DNA of 64,000 nucleotides from an uncultured Actinomycetota bacterium (GTDB taxonomy: Bacteria > Actinomycetota > Actinomycetes > Propionibacteriales > Nocardioidaceae), in the NCBI GenBank assembly GCA_963714625.1, contig CAVQOY010000014.1, positions 92,411 to 156,410 on the forward strand, given 5' to 3'. The position numbers and the translations under genes were made by a program. Shown here in pieces: positions 51,997 through 60,222 of this stretch. Numbering within the stretch: position 1 is the first letter of the stretch; every line of letters begins with the position of its first letter. The notes under the pieces were generated by a model. The model saw only the letters and a program-made list of their open reading frames with translations. It did no database searches and was not told the DNA's origin.

Positions 51997-53598
51997 TCAG
52001 GAGGTGGCCCGCAGCGGGACCGACCAGACGAAGACGGTGCCGCTGGGCTCGTAGGGCCACAGGTCGAGGCTGCCGCCCAGCAGCAGCGCGCGGCGCCGGG
52101 CGTGCCGGAGCCCGCTCTCGCGCCGGGTCTCGGGCAGTCCCCGGCCGTTGTCGCTGACCCGCAGCTGGACCTGCTCGTCGGAGACCTGCAGGTCGATCCA
52201 GGCGCTGCCGGCCCGGGCGTGGCGGGCGACGTTGGTGAGGGCTTCACGCAGCACGGCCAGGAACACCGGCTGGACCTGCGGGCCGAGTCCCTGGTCGACG
52301 CGGCCGTGCAGCTGCACCGACGGGGCGAAACCGAGCCGAGGGACGAACTCGCGCACCAGCTCGCGGACCTCGGCCCGCAGCGAGTCCTGAGGGCGGTTCT
52401 GCAGCGAGAAGATCGTGCCGCGGATGTCCCGGATGGTCTGGTCGACGTCGGTCACGACCTCGCTGATGCGGGCCTTCAGGTCGGGGTCGGTGGCTGCGGC
52501 GCGTGCCGACTGCAGGTGCAGCCCGGTCGCGAAGAGACGCTGGATGACCACGTCGTGCAGCTCGCGGGCGATCCGGTCGCGGTCGGCCACGACCGCCATC
52601 TCCTCACGCTCCTGGAGGGCCTGGGTGCGGTCGAGGGAGAGCGCGACGTGGTCGGCGAAGGAGGCCAGCAGGTCGCGCTCCTCGACGTAGTCGGGCCGGG
52701 TCGCGGGGTCGTGGGCGATCAGCAGCACGCCGGGCACGGCCAGGTGGGCGCGCAGCGGAGCCACGAGCGCGCTGATGTCGTTGTCCAGCGCCAGCTCCAG
52801 GACCTCGCCGGTGGTGACCACGCTGCGCACGGTCTGCTCGAACTCGGTCGTGACGGCGCCGAACGCGGCCTCGTCCCCGGACCGGGCGACCATCTCCATC
52901 CCGCCCTGGTCGGGCACCTGGATGATCGCCGAGGCGACCGCCCCGGAGGCGGTCCGGACGGCTGAGGCGACCCGTCGGAGCGCGGTGGCCAGCGTCACCG
53001 GCGGATGCAGCACCTCGCTGAGCTCGCTGAACATCTCCAGCCATCGACGCCGCCGCTCGCTGAGGGAGTAGGCGTGGGCGTTCTCCACCACGAAGCCGGC
53101 CACCTGGGCCAGCGCCTTGACCTGGGCCTGGTCGTCGGCGGTGAACAGGTCGCCATCGGCCTTCTCGCTGAGGTAGATGCTCCCGAACTCGGTGCCCCGG
53201 ACCCGGATCGGGGCGAAGATCAGCGTCCGCAGCACCGGGTGGTGAGGTGGGAAGCCGGTGAACCGCGGGTGCTGGGTGAGGTCCTCCAGACGCAGTGCCC
53301 CGCCCGGGTGCCGGCCGACCCCGAGCAGGCCGCACCCGCTGGGCAGCTGGCTGACGCGGCTCTGCTGGCGGTCGACGCCGTGGGTGACGAACTCGGAGAG
53401 GTGACCGTCGGCGCTGAAGACCAGCAGGGCGCCGTACCGCGCACCCACGAGGTCGCAGGCCGCGAGCACGAGCTGGTCGAGCAGGGTGGTGGTGTCGAGG
53501 TCGGAGGAGATGGTCTCGACGGCGCGCAGGAAGGAGGGCAGCGAGGGCGTCGGCGACCTGCTGCTCTCGTCACCCGCTGAGCCGGAGGCGGAGCTCAC
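51997..53598 (-). CDS. GAF-GAF sensor histidine kinase (HisKA_3 type; DosS/DosT-like architecture)
   Basis: Two GAF-like regions. H-box DRDRIARELHDVVIQRLFA, N-box LREALTNVARHA and the G-box region VSDNGRGL. No TM segments. Confidence 0.85.
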   Translation of the reverse strand: MSSASGSAGDESSRSPTPSLPSFLRAVETISSDLDTTTLLDQLVLAACDLVGARYGALLVFSADGHLSEFVTHGVDRQQSRVSQLPSGCGLLGVGRHPGGALRLEDLTQHPRFTGFPPHHPVLRTLIFAPIRVRGTEFGSIYLSEKADGDLFTADDQAQVKALAQVAGFVVENAHAYSLSERRRRWLEMFSELSEVLHPPVTLATALRRVASAVRTASGAVASAIIQVPDQGGMEMVARSGDEAAFGAVTTEFEQTVRSVVTTGEVLELALDNDISALVAPLRAHLAVPGVLLIAHDPATRPDYVEERDLLASFADHVALSLDRTQALQEREEMAVVADRDRIARELHDVVIQRLFATGLHLQSARAAATDPDLKARISEVVTDVDQTIRDIRGTIFSLQNRPQDSLRAEVRELVREFVPRLGFAPSVQLHGRVDQGLGPQVQPVFLAVLREALTNVARHARAGSAWIDLQVSDEQVQLRVSDNGRGLPETRRESGLRHARRRALLLGGSLDLWPYEPSGTVFVWSVPLRATS

Positions 53599-53614
53599 GG
53601 GCCCATCTTGTCAG

Positions 53615-54079
53615 TCAGCTGGCGCTCAGGGTTGCATTCAGGGTGCTGGTCAGGCCTGAGGAGCAGCTCCGGCTCGCCGCACCGGACCCGATGGCCCGGC
53701 CGGTCAGGGTCTCCCACCGCATGCGGAGGTAGAGGTTGCGCATGCCGCCCGCCCAGGGGTGCGGACGCCAGGCGCTGCGCATCGCCGCGATCGCCGCGGT
53801 GTCGAGCTCCGCCCAGGCGCGACCCCGGGCCACGACGCTCCACCCGACGTGTCGGTCGTGGTCGACGTCGTCGACCTCGAAGGCCAGCATGGCGTTGCGC
53901 CCGTAGGTGCCCAGCAGGCTGTACGTCGAGGTCCGCACCACGACGGTGTCCTCGAAGATCGCGTAGTTCACCGGCACGATGTGAGGACCCTCCGGGGTGG
54001 AAAGGGCGACCCGGCCGACGACACCGCTGCGGAGCAGGCGTAGGCACTCCACCGGCTCGAGGTCGCGGGTCTCAGACAT
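53615..54079 (-). CDS. Pyridoxamine 5'-phosphate oxidase family (FMN/F420-binding split-barrel) protein
   Basis: Typical N-terminus ECLRLLRSGVVGRVALSTPEGPHIVPVNY. 16 nt upstream of the kinase gene. Confidence 0.8.
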   Translation of the reverse strand: MSETRDLEPVECLRLLRSGVVGRVALSTPEGPHIVPVNYAIFEDTVVVRTSTYSLLGTYGRNAMLAFEVDDVDHDRHVGWSVVARGRAWAELDTAAIAAMRSAWRPHPWAGGMRNLYLRMRWETLTGRAIGSGAASRSCSSGLTSTLNATLSAS

Positions 54080-54164
54080 GGACAGGCTCCGTCACGGGGT
54101 CCGGGTGTGGGGTGTGTATCCATGGTGGGCCACCGATCGACACCTGACCACGGTTTCGGCCCAG

Positions 54165-54184
54165 GTGGGGGCGTTGGTCCCGGG
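54165..54184. promoter_or_regulatory. DosR-box-like palindrome upstream of the PNPOx-kinase genes
   Basis: GTGGGGGCGTTGGTCCCGGG. The core GGGGC-GTTG-GTCCC compares with the DosR consensus core GGGAC-TWWA-GTCCC. Centre about 95 bp upstream of start 54079. The right half is identical to box 56415-56434. Confidence 0.3.
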
Positions 54185-54284
54185 CACGTGTGGTGCCTTG
54201 GGCCTACCGCGAACGACCTCCGGCCCCGACCCGGCCACCGAAGACGGTGGCGGGACGGGGCCGCGAGGTTCGAGGAGCAGCGGG

Positions 54285-54842
54285 TCAGGCGCTCTTGATG
54301 GCGCTCAGGTCGAACTCGAGGGTGACCTTGTCGCTGACCAGCACGCCGCCGGTCTCGAGGGCGGCGTTCCAGGTGAGGTCCCAGTCCTTGCGGTTGACCA
54401 CGACGGAGCCCTCGAAGCCCACGCGCTCGTTGCCGAACGGGTCGGTGGCCGCACCGGTGAAGGTGAAGTCGATGGTGACCGGCTTGGTGGTGCTCTTGAT
54501 CGTGAGATCGCCGGTGACGCTCAGGGTCTCCTCGTCGGTCTGCTCGACTGAGGTGGAGACGAAAGTGAGCTTCGGGTAGGTCTCGACGTCGAAGAAGTCG
54601 CCGCTGCGCAGGTGGCCGTCGCGCTGCTCGCTGCGGGTGTCGATGCTGGCCACGTCGACGCTGACCTCGGCCGTGGTGGCGGCGGGGTTCGCGGGGTCGA
54701 AGGTGGCGGTGGCGCTGAACTCGTTGAACGAGCCGCGGACCTTGGTCACCATCGCGTGACGCGCGACGAAGCCGACGTGGCTGTGCGAGCCGTCGACGGT
54801 GAAGGTGCCGGCGGGGATCGTGCTCTGCAGGGTGGCGCTCAT
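54285..54842 (-). CDS. YceI family protein
   Basis: YceI blocks GSHSHVGF, FDVETYPKLTF and VTLEFDL. RBS GAGGAG before ATG 54842. Confidence 0.9.
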   Translation of the reverse strand: MSATLQSTIPAGTFTVDGSHSHVGFVARHAMVTKVRGSFNEFSATATFDPANPAATTAEVSVDVASIDTRSEQRDGHLRSGDFFDVETYPKLTFVSTSVEQTDEETLSVTGDLTIKSTTKPVTIDFTFTGAATDPFGNERVGFEGSVVVNRKDWDLTWNAALETGGVLVSDKVTLEFDLSAIKSA

Positions 54843-55086
54843 GGGGCTCTCCTCGATGTCGGTGATTGAACTCTCAAGCAAGAGCATGGCACGCATTAGT
54901 TGAAGGGTCAAGTATTTGGGTCGGCGGGTGCGTCCGGCGCCGGGGGTTGTGGATGCCGCAGGTGATCCGGGCCGGCGACACCGCGCTGGGTGGGCGGGTG
55001 CCGGTCAATCCTTGCGGCGGGCCGGCCACGGCTCGCCGGTGCCGCTGTCCACCTGACAGGAGCAGGCGACCTGAGCGGGTCGAGCC

Positions 55087-55659
55087 TCAGCCCTCAGCGA
55101 GCTGTAGCGCCCACAGCTCGCGACCGAGCGCGGAGAGTCGCAGCGAGTGGCGCATGACCCGGGGGGTGAGCCCCTGCCGGCGTGCCGCGGTCAGCGCCGC
55201 CAGCACCTGCGGCTCGGCCAGCAGGGCGGGGTAGTCGTCCTCGAGCCGGGCGTCCTCCGCGCCGACCTCCGCGAGGTCGAGGGTCAGCAGACGGCCGACG
55301 TAGTAGGGGACGAGCTGGGGGAGGGCGAGACGCGAGGCGTCGCCGACCCCGGCGACGTTCTCGAGCAGCGACTCCCCGGCCAGGCCGGTCGGGGTCATGC
55401 AGTGGATGTGGACCAGGGCCCGACCCGGGCCGGTGGCGGACTCCTCGGCGAGCACGGCGAGGATCCGGGCCTCGTCAGGAACGAGGTGCTCCACGGCTCG
55501 GGCCAGCCATGCGGCGCGCCCCGCAGCGGCGTCCTGGGCGTCGGCCTCCGCGAGCAGCCGGCGCAGCTGCCTGCCGGCGTCCTGTCGGGGCACGGGCACG
55601 GGCACGGCGCTGCGTCCCGCGGTGCGGGAGAAGACGTCGAACCGGCTCAGCAGGGCCAT
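55087..55659 (-). CDS. Hypothetical protein (possibly Abi-alpha/DUF4393-like)
   Basis: 190-aa ORF with good GC3 coding look, divergent from a TetR gene. The LVPDEARILAVLAEE ... YYVGRLLTLDLAEV pattern recalls Abi-alpha family proteins, from memory only. Confidence 0.5.
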   Translation of the reverse strand: MALLSRFDVFSRTAGRSAVPVPVPRQDAGRQLRRLLAEADAQDAAAGRAAWLARAVEHLVPDEARILAVLAEESATGPGRALVHIHCMTPTGLAGESLLENVAGVGDASRLALPQLVPYYVGRLLTLDLAEVGAEDARLEDDYPALLAEPQVLAALTAARRQGLTPRVMRHSLRLSALGRELWALQLAEG

Positions 55660-55740
55660 GCCCCGACGGTAGTGGCGGGACGGACGACGCGGACGTGATT
55701 GGCCGGACCCGACGGCGGGGGGCTGGCCTAGGCTGAGGCA

Positions 55741-56358
55741 GTGACCTCATCCGCGACACGCGTCAGCCGTTCCGAGAGCCAGGCGCAGACCCGTCTGCGC
55801 CTCGTGGCGACGGCGCGCACGCTGTTCCTCACCGACGGGTACGCCGCCACGTCGCTGGAGCGGGTGGTGGAGGAGGCCGGGTTCTCCAAGGGGGCCGTCT
55901 ACTCGAACTTCGCCGGCAAGGACGACCTGTGCCTGGCCGTGCTCGACACCATCCACGCCGAGGTCGCCGAGGCCGTCATCGGCGCCTTTGAGGGGGCGGT
56001 CTCCCTGGACGAGGCGCTGCGCGCCCTGGACGTCTGGGCGGACGCCCGGCTGGGCGACCCCGACTGGTCGGCGCTGGAGGCGGAGTTCGCCGCCCGGTGC
56101 CGACAGCAGCCCGAGCTGCGCGCCGCCCTGGAGGACCGCAACCGGCGCATCCGTGACCTCATCGCCGACGTGCTCCGCGGCACCTGCGAGCGGCACGGCC
56201 TGCGGCCTCCGATGCCCTTCGAGGAGGCCGCGCACGCCCTGCTCAGCCTGGGCATCGGGCTGGGGCTCCAGCGCGCGGTCGACCCGGTCCTCTCGGTCCA
56301 GGTGCTCTCCGACGTGGTGCGGGTGATCGTCGGCGTGCCCCTCCCCGTCCCGCGTTGA
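55741..56358 (+). CDS. TetR family transcriptional regulator
   Basis: HTH block TSLERVVEEAGFSKGAVYSNFAGKDDL. GTG 55741. Confidence 0.85.
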   Translation: MTSSATRVSRSESQAQTRLRLVATARTLFLTDGYAATSLERVVEEAGFSKGAVYSNFAGKDDLCLAVLDTIHAEVAEAVIGAFEGAVSLDEALRALDVWADARLGDPDWSALEAEFAARCRQQPELRAALEDRNRRIRDLIADVLRGTCERHGLRPPMPFEEAAHALLSLGIGLGLQRAVDPVLSVQVLSDVVRVIVGVPLPVPR

Positions 56359-56414
56359 CCCGCGGACCCCGTGAACCGACCACGACCGCCCCACGAGCCC
56401 CAAGAACCTCAGGG

Positions 56415-56434
56415 CCCGGGACCTTGGTCCCGGG
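56415..56434. promoter_or_regulatory. DosR-box-like perfect palindrome
   Basis: CCCGGGACCTTGGTCCCGGG. The core GGGAC-CTTG-GTCCC compares with the consensus TTSGGGACTWWAGTCCCSAA. It lies 57 nt after the tetR stop and about 320 nt upstream of the DosR-like gene. It could alternatively be a hairpin. Confidence 0.35.
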
Positions 56435-56583
56435 AGGACGGGAAGGAGGCCACGGGGCGCGCCATCGTCGGGTGCGTCATGCTGGAAGTCGTCACCGACG
56501 CCGACCTCCCACGGACAGGTGACGAGCCTTCGGGCACAGAAAGTCACTCGTGCGACTCTCCCAGCGTGCGACGAGACTCACAG

Positions 56584-56621
56584 CGGGCCGGTCCAGGGGT
56601 GGGCCGGCCCGAAGTCTTTTT
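56584..56621 (+). terminator. Intrinsic-terminator-like hairpin plus T tract inside the 380-bp leader/intergenic region
   Basis: Stem CGGGCCGG (56584-91) pairs with CCGGCCCG (56604-11) and can extend to about 11 bp. It is followed by AAGTCTTTTT. No annotated gene ends here. Confidence 0.45.
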
Positions 56622-56750
56622 CCACCGTCGGTGCCGAACGGGTGTCGAAAGCACGGCAAATGTCGCCGCTTGCGGGCGGAAACTCCCGAAACCGCTAGCA
56701 TGGGCCGCAGTCAACGCGGGCCGGACTGGGCCTGAAGGGAAATGGGTGGC

Positions 56751-57389
56751 ATGAGCGTGGTTCGCGTCTTCCTGCTCGACGACCACGAGGTCGTGCGCCG
56801 GGGTCTGAAGGACCTCTTCGACTCCGAGGAGGGTTTCGAGGTCGTCGGTGAATCCGGCTCGGCCAAGGACGCGGAGGCCCGCATCCCCGCCCTGCGACCC
56901 GACGTCGCGGTGCTCGACGGCCGCCTGCCTGACGGCAGCGGTGTCGACGTCTGCCGCTCGGTGCGCTCGGTCGACCCCTCGATCCGCGCCATCATCCTGA
57001 CCTCGTACGACGACGACGAAGCGCTCTTCGCCGCCATCATGGCCGGCGCCGCGGGCTACGTCCTCAAGCAGATCGTGGGCAACGACCTCCTCGACGTGGT
57101 CCGCAAGGTGGCCGACGGCCAGTCGCTGCTCGACCCCGCGGTCACCCAGCGCGTGCTGGACCGCCTCCGCGACGGCGGCGCCAACGAGCCTGCCGAGCTG
57201 CGCTCGCTCACCCCGCAGGAGCGACGCATCCTCGAGCTGGTCGCCGAGGGCCTGACCAACCGGCAGATCGGCGAGCAGCTGTTCCTGGCCGAGAAGACCG
57301 TGAAGAACTACGTCACGAGCATCCTCACCAAGCTCGGCCTCGAGCGCCGCACCCAGGCCGCGGTGCTGGCCTCCAAGCTCCTCAACTGA
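56751..57389 (+). CDS. dosR: NarL/LuxR-family response regulator, DevR/DosR-like
   Basis: The blocks VFLLDDHEVVRRGL, RPDVAVLDGRLPDGSG, ILTSY and LFLAEKTVKNYVTSILTKLGLERRTQAAV closely parallel M. tuberculosis DosR as I recall it. ATG 56751 (alternative 56742). Confidence 0.88.
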   Translation: MSVVRVFLLDDHEVVRRGLKDLFDSEEGFEVVGESGSAKDAEARIPALRPDVAVLDGRLPDGSGVDVCRSVRSVDPSIRAIILTSYDDDEALFAAIMAGAAGYVLKQIVGNDLLDVVRKVADGQSLLDPAVTQRVLDRLRDGGANEPAELRSLTPQERRILELVAEGLTNRQIGEQLFLAEKTVKNYVTSILTKLGLERRTQAAVLASKLLN

Positions 57390-57418
57390 TCCGACCGCCC
57401 GCGCGGGCGTCCTCCTGG

Positions 57419-57437
57419 GTAGGTTAGGCTCACCTAA
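57419..57437. promoter_or_regulatory. IdeR/DtxR iron box
   Basis: GTAGGTTAGGCTCACCTAA matches the 19-bp consensus TTAGGTTAGGCTAACCTAA at 17/19. It ends 36 nt upstream of the Fe3+ ABC operon start. Confidence 0.7.
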
Positions 57438-57472
57438 CCGACGTCTTCCCCGTCCCCGGAGGTCACTCCCGC

Positions 57473-58495
57473 ATGCGCACGGCCCTCACCGCGGCTCTCG
57501 CCGGCCTGACCCTGTCCACCACCCTCGCCGGCTGCGGCATCTTCGGCGGTGGCGAGGAGCCTGCCGACATCCAGGTCTACTCCGCGCGACACTACGACCT
57601 CGAGGAGGCCTTCGAGGACTTCACCGAGGAGACCGACCTGAGCGTCGAGTTCATCTTCGCCGAGGACGCCGACCTCCTGCAGCGGCTCGAGGCGGAGGGG
57701 GAGGGCTCCCCGGCCGATCTCTTCGTGACCGTCGACGCCGGCAACCTCTACGCCGCCGACAAGGCCGGGGTCCTCGCGCCCCTCGACAGCCGCCCCCTCG
57801 AGCGAGCCGTCCCGGCGGCGTACCGATCCGACGACTCCACCTGGTTCGGGCTGGCGCGCCGCGAGCGCACCTTGGTCTACAACCCCGACAACGTGGACCC
57901 CGCGGACTTCGACCCGGTGAACAGCTACGCCGGCCTCGACGACCCGACGTGGCAGGGTCGGCTGTGCATGCGGGACTCGTCCGAGGCCTACACCCAGTCG
58001 CTGGTGGCGGCGCTGATGGACCAGTACGGCGAGGACGAGGCCCGGGCCATCGTGCAGGGCTGGATCGACAACGACGTGGACGTCATGGGCAACGACGTGC
58101 TGCTGCTCGAGGCGGTCGACGCCGGCACCTGCGACGTGGCCATCGTCAACCACTACTACCTCGCCCGCGAGCAGGACGAGAACCCCGACCTGAACGTCGA
58201 GCTCTACTGGGCCAGCCAGGACGGCAAGGGCGTCATGGAGAACATCTCCGGAGCGGGCGTGGTGTCCACCTCCGACGACAAGGCGAACGCCCAGAAGCTG
58301 CTCGAGTGGCTGGCGACCGAGGGGCAGGAGGAGTTCGTGGGCGACAACCACGAGTTCCCTGTGAACCCCGACGTCGCCCCCGACGACGAGGTGGCCGCCT
58401 ACGGCGAGTTCACGACCATGCCGGTCGACGCCGAGGCCTACGGCGAGCTCAACGCAGACGCCCTCGCGCTGCTCGACGAGCTCGGCTACGAGTGA
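57473..58495 (+). CDS. Fe(3+) ABC transporter substrate-binding lipoprotein (FbpA/AfuA family)
   Basis: Lipobox LAGCG and a family-1 solute-binding pattern (YSARHYDL, FVTVDAGNL, NHYY). Confidence 0.9.
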   Translation: MRTALTAALAGLTLSTTLAGCGIFGGGEEPADIQVYSARHYDLEEAFEDFTEETDLSVEFIFAEDADLLQRLEAEGEGSPADLFVTVDAGNLYAADKAGVLAPLDSRPLERAVPAAYRSDDSTWFGLARRERTLVYNPDNVDPADFDPVNSYAGLDDPTWQGRLCMRDSSEAYTQSLVAALMDQYGEDEARAIVQGWIDNDVDVMGNDVLLLEAVDAGTCDVAIVNHYYLAREQDENPDLNVELYWASQDGKGVMENISGAGVVSTSDDKANAQKLLEWLATEGQEEFVGDNHEFPVNPDVAPDDEVAAYGEFTTMPVDAEAYGELNADALALLDELGYE

Positions 58496-60222
58496 CTCTC
58501 CTCGACCCGGCGCCTGCCCCCCTGCCCTCCGCGGGGGCGACGGGCGCACCCGCGTCGGGCCGGTCGTCGCGACGCGGGCGGCGGGTGAGCGGCGTGGGTC
58601 GTGGCGGCTGGGTCGTGGCGGCGCTGCTGGTGGCCGCGCTGGTGGCCGCCCCCATCGTCGCGGTGGTCGTGGACGGGCTGCGTGCCGACACCGCCGTCCC
58701 GGCGCGGCTGCCGGAGATGCTGCTGAACACCCTCGCGCTGATCCTCGGCGTCGGCGTGGGCACCCTCCTCGTCGGCGGTGGGCTGGCCTGGCTGGTCACC
58801 GTCGCGCGCTTCCCCGGCCGCGATCTCTTCACGTGGTTGCTGGTGCTGCCGCTGGCGATGCCGGCCTACATCCTCGGTTTCGTCTTCCTCTCCACCCTCG
58901 ACGAGGCCGGCCCCGTCCAGAGCGCCCTGCGCGACACCTTCGGTGACGGCTTCTGGCTGCCCCCGGTGCGCTCCCTGGGCGGCGCGGTCGTGGTCATGAC
59001 GCTCACGCTCTTCCCCTACGTCTACCTGATGGCCCGGGCTGCGTTCTCCGAGCAGTCGGCCTCGACGTACGACGCCGCGCGGTCGCTGGGCGCCTCCCGC
59101 ACCCGGGCGCTGCGCCACGTGGTGCTGCCGCTGGCCCGCCCGTCCCTGGCCGCTGGTCTGGCGCTGGTGGCCATGGAGGTCCTCACCGACTTCGCCACCG
59201 TGCAGTACTTCGGCGTGCAGACCATCTCGGTGGGGGTCTACAACCAGTGGAAGGGCGGCTACGACTTCGAGTCCGCCAGCCGCCTCTCGGTCCTCGTCCT
59301 GCTCTTCGCGGTCGCGGTGCTGGTCGCCGAGCGCGGCCTGCGCGGCCGGGCCCGCTTCACCCAGCGCGGCGGTCGCGGGCGCGGGCTCGAGGCGGTGACG
59401 CTCACCGGCTGGCGAGCGGCCGCGGCGGTCGCGGCCTGCCTGCTGGCGCTCAGTGTCGCCTTCCTGCTGCCGGTGGCCCGGCTCGTCGGCTGGGCGGTGG
59501 GCGAGGCCCGGCGCGAGTCCGGCACGCTGGTCGACCCCCGGTTCGCCGACTACCTCGCCAACACGCTGACCGTCGCGGTCACGGTGGCCGGGGTCTGCGT
59601 GGTGCTCGCGCTCGTGGTCGCGCACGCCCAGCGGGTCACCAGCGTGGGACGGCTGCTGCCGGCCGCCGCCCAGGTCACCACCTTCGGGTACGCCGTTCCC
59701 GGGGCGGTCCTCGGCATCGGGGTGCTGCTCGTGTTCTCCGACCTCGACCGGCTGGTGCGGGCCCTCGGGGTCGAGGGTGGCACGGGGCTTCTCGTCACCG
59801 GGTCGGTCCTCGGGATCCTCTACGCCTACGTCATCCGCTTCCTCGCCCCGGCCTACCAGGCCGTCGACGCCAGCCTGACCAAGGTGTCGGCGTCCATGAC
59901 CGCCTCGGCGCTGAGCCTGGGGGCCCGGCCCTCACGGGTGCTCACCCGGGTGCACCTGCCGCTGGCCCGCTCCGGGGTCTTCGTGGCCTTCGTGCTGGTG
60001 CTGGTCGACGCGGTCAAGGAGCTGCCCCTGGTCCTGCTCCTGCGCCCCTTCGGGTTCAGTACCGTGTCGGTGTGGGTCTACGAGCTGGCGAAGGAGAACT
60101 ACTGGGAGAAGGCGGCTCTCCCGGCGCTGGTGATCGTCGCGACGGCGGTGGTGCCGGTCTTCCTGCTGTTCCGCCGGGAGCGTCGGGTCCACGACGCGGC
60201 GCAGGCGGGGATGGTCCCGTGA
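58492..60222 (+). CDS. Iron ABC transporter permease (FbpB-like, duplicated TM domain)
   Basis: 576 aa with two ABC permease modules. GTGA overlap with the SBP stop. Confidence 0.9.
   Translation: MTLLDPAPAPLPSAGATGAPASGRSSRRGRRVSGVGRGGWVVAALLVAALVAAPIVAVVVDGLRADTAVPARLPEMLLNTLALILGVGVGTLLVGGGLAWLVTVARFPGRDLFTWLLVLPLAMPAYILGFVFLSTLDEAGPVQSALRDTFGDGFWLPPVRSLGGAVVVMTLTLFPYVYLMARAAFSEQSASTYDAARSLGASRTRALRHVVLPLARPSLAAGLALVAMEVLTDFATVQYFGVQTISVGVYNQWKGGYDFESASRLSVLVLLFAVAVLVAERGLRGRARFTQRGGRGRGLEAVTLTGWRAAAAVAACLLALSVAFLLPVARLVGWAVGEARRESGTLVDPRFADYLANTLTVAVTVAGVCVVLALVVAHAQRVTSVGRLLPAAAQVTTFGYAVPGAVLGIGVLLVFSDLDRLVRALGVEGGTGLLVTGSVLGILYAYVIRFLAPAYQAVDASLTKVSASMTASALSLGARPSRVLTRVHLPLARSGVFVAFVLVLVDAVKELPLVLLLRPFGFSTVSVWVYELAKENYWEKAALPALVIVATAVVPVFLLFRRERRVHDAAQAGMVP

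Noticed and set aside
56415-56434. The same palindrome read simply as the tetR rho-independent terminator.
   Set aside because: I did not fully reject this reading. However, there is no T tract after the stem, and the sequence fits the DosR half-site GGGAC/GTCCC, with its right half repeated at 54174-54184. I report it as a low-confidence regulatory site instead.
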